64,000 nucleotides of DNA. Source: Perna viridis (taxonomy: Eukaryota). How positions within the stretch are numbered: position 1 is the stretch's first letter; every line of letters starts with the position of its first letter. Shown in pieces: positions 15,101 through 27,100 of the stretch. A program made the translations under genes and the position numbers. The stretch spans positions 15,314,001 through 15,378,000 of the forward strand of contig CM074511.1 of the NCBI GenBank assembly GCA_037379345.1, in the 5' to 3' direction. The notes under the pieces are model-generated. The model was not told the origin of the DNA, made no database searches, and saw only the letters and a program-made list of their open reading frames with translations.

Positions 15101-17446
15101 AAAACAAAGCAGACAAAAATTAATGTCTTGTGCCTCCTGCTGAGTGACATCAATTGATTAGAACATGCTAATAATAGTTTTATGAAAAAGAATTATTTCC
15201 CTGACCCCTGGTCAGAATTATTAAAAAATGGTCTTAGTTAATAAATTCTCCAGTAAGGTATCAAACAGATTATGTCTCATGGCCTACTCCTCCTGGGGAT
15301 TTAATATTTCAATTATCTAACTTTGGTATGTTAAAAATCCATTTGTTCCAATATCCCTTATATACACAAATGAAAGAAAAGAATTAAGTGACTGATAAGT
15401 TTTAAAGATGGAATTTTGTTCTAAACTTCCTACTAATATGTATTGTTAAAGGCATTTTAAAAGAAAAAATATTCAAGTCATTATGAGCAAGTTTGCACTG
15501 AATGTTACCATGACAAAATGACAAAAAAATATTCTAGACACTTCTTAGGTATATCATGAGTAAACTTTCTTAAGAATTATGTATCTAAAATGAAATCAAT
15601 ATTGCACACCATTGATAAATTCATTGTTTTATTCTAGAACAAATACACCTATCGATAAGAGTCCTAACAAAGAATAGCATATTGAATAACTTCCAGAAGG
15701 TATCTGGAAATCTATATTAAGTGTATTTAACTTTTGAGTCATGTACACCAAAAAGTAAAATAAAAAAAAAAACAATATGTTGTCACTGGAGGCGGGATAG
15801 TGCACTATACATTCAAATTATTAGATTACCTGTATTAGCTTACTTGTTCAGTATTAGATAACCCTCTAATTGGGTCTTTCATGTGTTGAATCAAAATAAA
15901 GGATTAAGAATACCAGAAGTAACACAATAAGATCTTTTGTTTTAGAATAATTGGCTGACGTCAGGAATTAAATTAAATCACATTAAATCTAACATGATAC
16001 ATTCATACATGTAGAAATGAAATGTAGCTATTGTTAAACATTCTCAGTGAACTTACCATCATAAAAAATCAAATTCCTAATTAGTGTGAAAATTTACAAA
16101 TGTAGTTCTATACAAAGTCAATACATTCACACCCTCAGGTGAAATAATTCTTCATTAACTAATGATGCCATCTCTGCAAAAGCATTCATTATGAACAAAA
16201 TCAACTGAAGTGAGACATATTAAAAATGCAAACCTTGAACAAAAAAGATACAATGCCCCAAAGGCAAATCAGAAAAGAATAAAAAATAAATCTTCCTAAA
16301 ATTCTTTTCAATGGTCAGATATTACAACTTTTTTAAACAGTAACAAACTAGGAGGTATAATTAAGAGATCAGAATAAATGAATTGATTTTAAAAAAATAC
16401 AAAATATGTATATACATGTATAACCCTTTCAAGAGCAATTAACTAATAACAATTTTCTCTACATCAATTTTTAATTAGCAGTTAGGCTATCAATCAGCTT
16501 TACACCGAAGTATATATGTGACATTAGTGCTAGACTCTGAGTGAACAGAGCTTTTAGTGAGACCTCGACATGGACAGATGGCAAGTCATTAACATGACAA
16601 AGAAAATATGATGAGCTGATTTCAAATCAATAAATAAAATTATGTTTCAAATATTCAATTAGGATGGATCAATTACTGTTCCTTAAATTTTTCAAAGGCT
16701 CAAGATATATATTTTTTTAAAGCAAAGCAACTTTTTACGTGAATAAAAGCAGATACAATAAGAAAACTTGCAATCAAACAATTCATTCAAACAGAATAAG
16801 TAGGACAAAAATATTTTTCCCTCTACAATAAAATTGAATTTCTTCTCATCAACTTATATTTGAGGATGCAGCTCCAATAAAAACAATTATTCAATCAGAC
16901 TTGAAGTCTACTTTATAACGTTATGGTTTATGTTTTGAGAAACATGTAGTATTGTACTTCATAGCAACTCATTTAACATTCACCTTGCACATAAGAACAT
17001 AAAGATTTGTAACTGCATTGTTGTTGTTTATTTTTATCTTGAACTCAGTAATATTGAAAGCTTCAGATTAATCTATCAAATAAAAAAAATGAGAAATAAT
17101 ATTCTATAGGACTAAATGACACTTAAAAAATCTATAGTTTTGAAAATTCTAGTCAGTTTTATTAAATATGCATGAAATACATGTACATGTACTTGTATCA
17201 TACCTGTTCCCCTGTGGCCTTTTCAACTGCCAGCTTTACTTTTCCATACATTCCTTCACCTAGAGTTTTTCCCAACTCAAATCTGTTTTTTAAATTGTGG
17301 CGATGAGAATACATCACTGGTTTGAGTAATGGCCCAACACTATAGTCCAGCATCTCATCTGGCCCCATCATTTCTTCATCAGACATCTTAGCAGGCATGG
17401 CTAAATCACAATCAAGCTTTTTTGGATGTCCAGGCACATCATACAT
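1..17446 (-). CDS. NUAK1: NUAK family SNF1-like (AMPK-related) Ser/Thr kinase, 5' part (gene continues beyond left edge); coding exons 17446-17204, 11840-11720, 114-<1
   Basis: The spliced translation reads ...[34 protein letters not shown]|[40 protein letters not shown]|[38 protein letters not shown]. This covers kinase subdomains I-VIa and includes the NUAK-typical HxHNLKxR lead-in. Introns are GT-AG with consistent phases 0 and 1. Confidence 0.9.
223..302. repeat. 27-bp tandem repeat x3
   Basis: CAAGGGCCTGCTATATTGAGGGCAAAA units at 224, 251 and 278. Confidence 0.9.
11720..11840 (-). CDS. NUAK1: NUAK coding exon 2 (121 nt, VAIK lysine and alphaC)
   Basis: ttgtttttag|GTT GCA ATA AAA ... 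AGG GAA G|gtaagt; too short to appear in the ORF track. Confidence 0.92.
17204..17446 (-). CDS. NUAK1: NUAK coding exon 1 (81 codons, Gly-rich loop)
   Basis: ORF 17198..17446; donor CAG|gtatga at 17203; [10 protein letters not shown]. The true start could be a downstream Met. Confidence 0.88.
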
Positions 17447-18031
17447 AGGCCAAGCTATGGATCCAGAGCACTAAGCTGTCTCATCAAATAAAGCAATGTG
17501 TCACTAAATAAAATGTAAGTAAGCTGATGGTTATGCCACATTAAAGCAAGAATGACAGTCACAATACAATGTCTGGTATAACAGAATACTTGGAAAATGA
17601 AGAACTATTTCAAAACAAAGAATCACTCAACGGCAATCACTTGTTTTAATTTCTACGGACGAATACAGAATGCGTGTATCGTGCTTTCGTTTCACAGAGT
17701 ATTTTTGGAGGTCTAATCGTTTTTGAACTGACATACCACTTACAAGTAAGGGGCGGAGTTTCACAGTCTGTTTGTCGTGTGTATGGGCCATTCGGAAATC
17801 TAAACAATTCCGAATGTTGTTACCGCGTTTTATAATCTCCTCGAAACATCTTTTTCAATTTTAAGAAAATAACTTTTTGAATTATTTTTATAGATAATAT
17901 AATTATATTTATTAATTATGCATTAAACAAATTTCTACAAGATTAGTTTGTTTTAGATGTAAAAAAAAGTTTAGAGAATATTTCTAATGATTCATCTACT
18001 TACCGAAAAGCCGGAAGAAAAAAAAACAGAT
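17447..18031. promoter_or_regulatory. Bidirectional promoter region shared by NUAK (-) and WASP (+)
   Basis: Divergent ATGs 585 bp apart; local CpG enrichment; GC box GGGGCGGAGT at 17750-17759; ETS-type CCGGAAG at 18011-18017. Confidence 0.7.
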
Positions 18032-18127
18032 ATGTCTGTGAAAAGGAGAAACACAAATGCCAGCTCTCTGCTGCTAAATCCTGATGAAAATGAAACCTTG
18101 TTTAACATTTTAGGAAGAGGTTGTGTG
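18032..18127 (+). CDS. WASL: WASP exon 1
   Basis: [32 protein letters not shown]|gtaaga. Confidence 0.9.
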
Positions 18128-21100
18128 GTAAGATCTTCCATCATGACGTTTATTACATTGGTTCTAAGATGATAGAGGACAAATCCTCGTAAGATAACGG
18201 TTTATTATACTCGGCGTCACATAAATAACATACTGTTAAAATTTGAATAAAAATATTTTCTACGACTTTATTGACACCAACCGTCGTTTAAATTGTCTTA
18301 AATGACTTGCTCATTCGTTTAGCCAAACAGCTTCTCAAAAACAAGTCGCTGATTAGCTTAAATCATGCGTAACAAATCCTTACGGGAAAATCCCATACTA
18401 ATATCCGCCATGTTGGTTTTTACGGGACGATTTGTTTACAAACGAAGTGCGTAAGTTCTCGTCGAACTCCGGTGACAATCGTCTGCTTGATCAACTTCTC
18501 GGTATTATACGTTGTTCGCGTAAAATAAATCCGAGATATCCGAAATAACGCCGAATTGCATTCTGGGTTCTTCGGTTTTTGGACAAACCATTTAAACGTA
18601 AACAACATCTCCTAGCAACCCGATCACTGTAAACATGGCCGACTTTTTACAATGTAAATATTGCCACCTAGAATTAAAATCTGACCGGAATTTAACGATT
18701 CAATGTTTAGGGAGAAGCCGTTTGGCTAAACGAATGAGCAAGTCATTTAAGACAATTTAAACGACGGTAGGTGTCAATAAAGTCGTAGAAAATATTTTTA
18801 TTCAAATTTTAACAGTATGTTATTTATGTGACGCCGACTATAATGCGAAATTATGTCGTAGGTTGGAACACAGTCAGGCACTTGTTTCAATCAATGGTCA
18901 ATTCAATTGTGAATATAGTAACTGGCCATTGACAGGAACAAGTGCCTGTGACTTGAAAGTACTGACAGCCTGATTTCAGTCTCACAGGAAGTCATGTCTT
19001 ATGTATTTTTGTATATTCTGCACTGAAAAGTGTGCATCTGTTATATGATCTCCAATAATAATTTAAATTCAGATGCTTTTTTTCATTTCTGACATGCCAT
19101 AAGAGTAGCACTTACTGGCTTTAGCCAGAAAGTCCAAAGTCCAAACACTAAGTAATACCTGTCTCACTAATTTGTGACAAGATGTGTCAAGAACTGAAGA
19201 AGTGAGAAGAACCATCAAGTTGTCTAGAAAATGTGAAAAGAGGGGGAAATAGTGACAAGAAGATTTTAGATATATCTACATGTATATATTCACTTCGTCC
19301 TCGTACAGGTTACACTTGCCCCATACTAAATTGTCTTTAATATTTTTCTGACTTTTTGGCTGGATACAAAATGTACATTGTATCCAATAATATATAACCA
19401 TTCACAATAAATGGCAAAGACTGACAAAACATTTTCTCAGGGTGGAAACAGAGTGGAAGTAATGTTTAGGGGTGTAACAATACATTTTTTTCTCTAACGA
19501 TTCATATTGCGATATTGGATATGCTTTTCAATACATATCACAATACATTTAAAGAGACATACATCCTTCATGGGAGCCGCCATGTTTTACAAAACAAAGT
19601 GAGTTACAAAATGTATGTACAAGAGGAAATAAATCATAACAATTTGATCCAACATTCCATTTGAAACATTTAACCAATACATTAATTTTTTTTCTCTGAG
19701 TTGTGAAAATAATTTTAGCCTTTACACTAACACTAACATATTTGTTTAAAAACAGCATCATATTTTAAGTGACCATGATACACCATAAATCGAATCATCC
19801 AAAATACTGCAATTTCGGTACATACCATATATCGTTTACCCTATAGTAGTGATGATCTATGTTTTGGAGGTCTAAAACATAATGGTTAAAATCATTCTGT
19901 ACAATATAACGTAAGTTATTTGAATGTAATTGTTTAAACTATTTTATATAAGGCGGGAGTTTTAGGAAGTTTCGCATTTCACCCATAAAATCAGGAGTAC
20001 ACATAGCTAAGTCCCTCAAAGCATTAAATCATATTATGAGTGAGGCATTAGCTTTAAGTGGGAATGAAACATAAAATGTTATCAGTAGGAGTCAGCAATG
20101 AACATTCCAAATTTTTTTAGCATTATTTAAGATTGAATATAATCTACAACTACAAATGTAGGTAGTGTGGATGGAAATGAACCCTCATAATTCTTTTAGT
20201 TGACTAATACATGACCTAAATTTAATTCAAAAAATCTATTGAAGCTTTATCATCTTCGTATTTTAAAATTGTCTTCTATACAACTCTTTTAAGAGTTCAA
20301 CCTGCACATTTATGACTGATGCATCAGATATTTGGACTTCTAAATGACATCTAGGTTCTTGGAATTCCTCATATTAAATATGATGAGGTAGTTTTGATAA
20401 AGGCAAACAGTAGAACTGAGTTATTTTGACAATCAATTGTTGTTGCAATGATTTTTCTTTTTTTTCACAGACTCTAGCATCTGGGGTTTGTCAGCTGTAC
20501 ACAGCCGATGCACCAACAACCCATAAATGGAGTAAAAGATTCTGTGGTGTTGTTTGCTTTGTTAAAGACAACCCTAAAAGATCATACTATATAAGGCTGT
20601 ATGACATCAAGGTTAGTAGAGAAACAAATGTTAATTGTAGACTTTGGAGCTGTCATTTACTAATTCAAATAGGAGTAATGAATATAACATGTCTTGTAAT
20701 TGATGTACAACTAGCAGTCTGTGATATTGCAGTATGTGCCTTTAGCCACAGGTCCTATGACTGAGTCTAATGAAAATTCATTCAGGGGAGAAGAAATTCT
20801 ATGGTATTTTAAAAGTGATCCTTGAATTCTGTTTTTATGTTTAACAAATGTGGTCAACACATGATGGTACATGTAGCTGTGAAGTGTTATTCATTTTGAT
20901 GCCATTAAATTCTGTTTACATACAGTTCGAGGTTGTGGTCTCCAAGAAACATTTTTGCTCATTATACCATTCTCCATCTAAAAAAATATTTAAAAATCAA
21001 TGCTACCCTTATTTGTTTCATATTCCCCATACATTTGTTCCACAACCCTCATAGCTCTTTCGTTTTCAATTGAGGGTACATCATTTTGTATATTACAATG

Positions 21101-24100
21101 CCATATTTTCCAGATAAAATTCCCCCCTTTCTTGATTTATTATTTCTTAATATATTTACTTGTACATTTTATTTGTTTAACTCTCCTACATGATAAATCA
21201 CTTAATATATTTTTTTTGTCTTAACCCTTAAAGTAACAGTATACTAATAATTACTATGGTATATTTTGTTTTTTGCACTTCTGAAAAAAGTTTTATACCT
21301 TTGTTTTTTTATTTTGCCATTTTTATTGAAATGAAATAAATGCAACTCTGTAACACTTTCTGAATGAGTGGTATGATAAGACACATTGTCATGTCAAGGT
21401 ATTCTTGATGATATTTGGTCTTAATGTACCACATTATTTAGACTCAACTCAGTGGTTAACTGGGATTGATATTGATTTCTAGTTCATTGAATGTACACAA
21501 TTCTAGGGTGATTATTATTATTATTGTCAATATTGCTACCAAGGAGAAAACTAAATATTCATGTGAGTGTTAGCTGAGTTAGTAAATTGCATTGAAATTG
21601 AATTGATATTCCAAATCCCCAAAAATAACTGGTTTGCAGTCATTGACAGTTGTCAATCCAAATATAGGAAGTGCTCCATGAATTATTGAATCATTTTCTA
21701 TTAAAGAATGTATAATGGTACATGTAACTACTATGAAAAGTTTTTCAAGTGACAGAATGATTTTTTACACATATCCAACTCTACATTATTTCGCTGTTGC
21801 AACCCTTATTAATTAGAATTTTCCATTTTTCACCTTCTCCACATTTTAACATGTGATATTAAAATGTGGAGAAAGTGAAAAATTTTTTGAGAAAATTTTA
21901 AATTTTAAGAATGAATTTTATAAAAAATGTTGTTGAACAGATGAAGGTATACATTTCAGTGTAGTGTTACCTTTTAAAAGGAGAGAATTTAAGCAATCAT
22001 TTTAAAGTGAAATCTAAATGGAAAATTAGCATGAGCAGAACTAAAACACTTTCAAGTAGTAGTACAATATGTATAATCCAACCACACTAAACAGTTGTTT
22101 CATTTCTTATTTTATGAAAAGCTTTTAAACAATGAACTGGTAAAATCTATATGCAAATTGTACATCAAGGCATACCAACATGACAAGTATAGGTAGCTTT
22201 AGGCTATAGATAAAACAAAAAATATAATTCTTCTAAAATACGGTGTGATAAAATCTATAACTAATGACTTTTATAAATAGATTTGAATCAGATTTTTAGG
22301 AAAGAATTTTGTGGGTTGCTTATGTCCATAAGTAATCAATCATTTATTTAATACCAAACATGACCACAGTCAGTTCATGTCAATATGGTTTATTTGTCAA
22401 ATGATTATAAAGGAAATAATGTGATATAACTAAAGACCACAAATATATCAATATCAAAATGCAAATAAAGGACCAGGTATTCTAGATAGTCTTCCATGAG
22501 ACAGGCAAGGGGAATTCTTATTATGCTTTCTGATTTGTTTTCCTTATGTAAACCTTTGAAAAAAATCGGCATATTTCAGCGGACACAAATAAATTACATG
22601 TAAAACATGCTTTTGAAATACCATTATCCTTGTATTTCTTTATTTGTTTTTTTTTTCTAAACAATCTTGTCTGTATATGTATACTTATTATTGAGTAAAA
22701 CATTTATTTAGTCTGATGATAACTTATAACATTTCCTTTAATAAGACCTGTGTTAAAATAATACATGCTATATAAATAGAAATTGTTGTCGTGAAAGTTA
22801 ATGAACGTGCACGTAAAATGTGTATATAGAAGCTAATTCTAACACTGTCAAGTAATGTGTGGCCCTTGAAATAAGAAATTAATCCAAAATATTATTTTAT
22901 CCTATGCAGCTGATGTGCATTCATCCAAAAGTCTGACTGTCAGTAAACATTATATTTATGATAAAGCAATACCCCTCTTTTTAGATAGATTTATTGTTTT
23001 AGTCTTGTCTGTTCATCCCTGAAACTGTCTGTGTGCTTTATATCTCCCATCTTATTAATTTGAATGGAATAAATTCTCTCACAGTTACAACATGTATTTG
23101 GTATAAAGTGTGAATTTTAAAAAATTTCTTTGCTATCCATGGATGAGTTAGTTTTCCAACAACAGGAGTTACTATGGAATAAGTGAGACTGTTCCGGAGG
23201 TAAATTTCATGTTTGATCCCTGATGTTTGATGGATATTTTTTGGGGGTTTGGAGTTTCCCATTGCAAAAAACAGGGGTTTCGATTTTTTCATTAGAGGCT
23301 AATATTGTTATTAGTGAAATATTTGATGAAAGTTCCGTAAAAATATACGCATGTCATATTTTAATATATGATATATTCTGTTTAGCTAACTGGGCGGTAT
23401 GATTTGGTAAGTATAGATGTAGGTGTGTGAAACACATAAATGTTGTGGATATAAAACTTCAGAATTTTTATGAGTGCACTGTTTGAGAATTAATGAGCCT
23501 GTCATGACAGTAATACATAGGATTACACTAACAAATAAAACTAGGTGCAAAATGTGATATAAAATGAAGTATGTGGTCAATGTACTGATGTATTGTATGG
23601 TTCAGTGTAATGAGTGCTTCACATTTCATATGCATTGCCATGTGGTGATTGGGATGTACAGTACATGTAATAAGTGTATACATTCTAGGCACTGAAAATT
23701 GGAAAACAAATGTATGCTTTCAATTTCGCTTATTGTTGAAAAGGTTGATTTATAAAATAATGCCGATTGCACCATGCTCTTAATGTCCAGTTGTAGATCA
23801 TTTGTGTCTGTAAATAGGATTCAAATATGTTGATGGACCTGTTCACATGAATACTGAACTGTAAGAAGACAGGGATTTTCCCTTTAGGATACATAATATT
23901 TGTCAATATGGTTAACACTAAATATTTAATTAATAATGTATGGTTCTAAGCAGTTGTGTGAGATTGAATTATGCATATCAAAGAACCTTTAATTGAGATC
24001 AGTTTTTTACCCTTTGGACATCAGCACAATGAAATTCTATGAGTTTCTCTGTGAAGTAGTGCATAGCATCCTTAACATTTATATTTCAATTTTACCCAAT

Positions 24101-27100
24101 AAATTTACTATTGATTCATGTATGTCTGAAAATTTGTAAGATACACTTGTAATTATTGTTAAGGTAAAATAAGAAAAAAATTTCATTTCATTTTTAGCTC
24201 ACGTGGCCGAAAGCCATGTAAGCTATTGCCATCACTTGGCGTCTGTTGGCGTCCATTGTCATCCGTCGTCATTGTTTTTCAAAACTCTTCTCCTCTGAAA
24301 CTAATTGCCCAATTGGAACCAAACTTGGTATAAATGTTTTTTGGGATATCCTGCAAAGAATTGAAGTGGGGTTTTTTGATCCGTCGAAAAACATGGCCAC
24401 TGTTACTAAAAATAGAACATAGGGGTCAGATGGTAGTTTTTCGCATATATCTCCAAAACCGTTAGGTTTAGCCAAATTCTTTCATTAGCTGAAATGATCC
24501 TTATTTTTAGGACTACAAAACTCTTCAGGCATAAAAGTTGTCAGTCACCTTCTTATAAGAGTTATTGCCCTTGACAGGGGAAAATGACAGGTTTTTTTAT
24601 TTACAGTTTTCAGTCAATGTCTTGAAAACTATGATAGATTTAGACTTTCATTTACTGAAATGATCCTTATGATAAGTTCTATCAACGTTTTTTTGAGTCA
24701 AAATTGTTATTTAATTTATTGCCAATGAAAAGCAAAATTCAACCAGGTGAGCGATTCAGGCTCCTGGGAGCCTCTTGTTATTATTCACATCTTATATGAC
24801 CACAAAAAATTTGCTGTCTTATATTGGTGTGGTACTGTTGTTGTAGTCGTTTGTGTCGTCATTGTCCGCAGACACTTGGTTTTCATGTGATAACTTGAGT
24901 ATTGGTTGACCTTTATATAATTTTATAACAAGGTTTCAAACCACAAAAGGAAAGTTGGTATTGATTTTTGGGGTTATAGCTCCAACCATTTTAGAATTAA
25001 GGGCCAAAAAGGGGCCTAGAACAAGAATTTCATAGAATTCATCTTTAGAAGTCCAGTAAAAGTATAAGGATGCCAATTATATTGTTTCACAATATTTTAC
25101 ACCAAAATGGTCAGACTTAGATTGATTTTGGGTGTAAAGACTTGAACTTTTCAGAAATTAGGGGCCAAAACATGCATTTTCCTGATGTAAGTACAATAAT
25201 TTATTTATTTTTGGTCTGATTTTAGATTTTTTTTTTGGAACATATGAAATCCCTGATTGCATTTGTCAATCAGATTTCTGATATCTCCTATGGTTTTTTG
25301 AGTTAAGAGCCCACACCCGAAAAATCGCAATTTTAATTTTTAGTCTAATTTAAACAAATTTTAATTGAATTTGAAATATTATGCTATATCATGTCCATTA
25401 CAAATTGTAAGTCCCTATGCCTAAGTATGTCAAAAAACTAATATTGTGTCCACACTTGCCCCAGCTGTTCATGGTTTGACTACTGTGTTCATATGCTGTG
25501 CTTGGCAAAGCTCTTTATTTTTAAATGTAGTAATAGAAAAGGGAACATTACATGGTGAAAAGCAACAAATCTGTACTAATAGACATAAAATGACAAAAAA
25601 TTGAAACCCAATTAAACTTAAAAGAACTTCAGTTTGACACTTTATACCATGCATCTTGTGTTCATGCTCATATATGTTAATATGTAAGACATACTATTTA
25701 TGGTATATTAAGAAAAAAAGGTGCTTCATTTTGTGTTTGTTATTCTTTTGTTGTTTTTTTGGTTGAAAATTGCAATATGATAAATTATTCTATAATAATA
25801 ACCATAAAATTGCAAAGATTTGAAACCTAATCAAATTGACACCTTACATCTTTTAAAGGAACTTTCATGCATTCTGTTCATGTCAATGCATGTTGGCATG
25901 TAAGAAATAATACTATATGACATTTACAGGTAAAAAGTGATAATTCAGTCCTAATGAGAAGGATATCCGTTGTCATTGTAATAACTACCAAATATGTTGG
26001 GTTTTATTTATTGTTCTTTTATGTATATTTTATTGAATGACCTGTAAAACATGTTCATTGTATTATATTGTATCATCATATTTGATTTTTTTTTATTGAA
26101 TGTTCTAATTTTCTTACGGAGGTCATTCTTCACATTTTTATACAGTACTAAAGTGTTCAATATAGTAACAGTTACTAACCCTTAAAAGTACATGTAACAG
26201 CACATGTCACTGAAGCCAGCTAGGAAATTTAATGTCAAAATGGTGTGTTAGGAAACAGCATCACAATTTATTTGATTTTTGCAGTGAAGCTGTTGTGTGA
26301 ATAAAACAAAAGATAACCTATGTCATCACAGATTTAAATATATGAAAGCCATCTAATTAGTCCTTTCAATTTTAATTAAGGCTGTACATGTATTGCTGAT
26401 ATGAGAAAGGGAAGAACTACATGTTCTTTGACCTAATTTCTGCACATGCATGTACAATTATACAACTTAAAACTACGAAAAGGTCAGCAAATGTAAAAAT
26501 ATTATATTTGTTATACTGAACTTACTCATCTTTACACAGCTGCATTGTCAATCTGATATAATAAATCATTTATAATGGACTTAAATCTTTAATATTGAGA
26601 TAGTTATACTCTGTTCATTTGATAATGCATGGTGCACTTTCATATGTATTTAATTTGGATGTTAATTCATTTATCAACTTTTGACAGTTTCTTTGTGTAC
26701 TTAGGAGAAAGATACTATGACATTAACATTTTCTGAATACAATGTCTATTTGACACATTCTCATTTATTTTGCAGAAAGATGCTTTGATCTGGGAGCAAG
26801 AGATTTACAACCAATTCAAGTACAAAGCACCAAGAGAATACTTCCACACTTTTGAAGCTGATGTATGTTAATTAACATAACATGCATGTATCATGCAGAT
26901 ATGCAGTTTCAGATATATGTCTTAGAATTTTTTGGTTGTAACATACAGGACATTCTTGCGGTTATCATTATAAAAATGTTATTATTCAAATCTTTTGACA
27001 CATCTATTTCATTTTATTGTCAATCCATTTGTCTGTTCTCACATGTGCAATGATTTAAAAAAAAGAATTGAATAATTTTTCTTTGAGAGAAAATTTTCAA

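Noticed and set aside
17987-18031. Upstream in-frame ATG extending WASP by 15 aa
   Set aside because: It lies in the AT-rich core-promoter area upstream of the ETS motif, probably 5' of the TSS; 18032 is preferred, but this is unverified.
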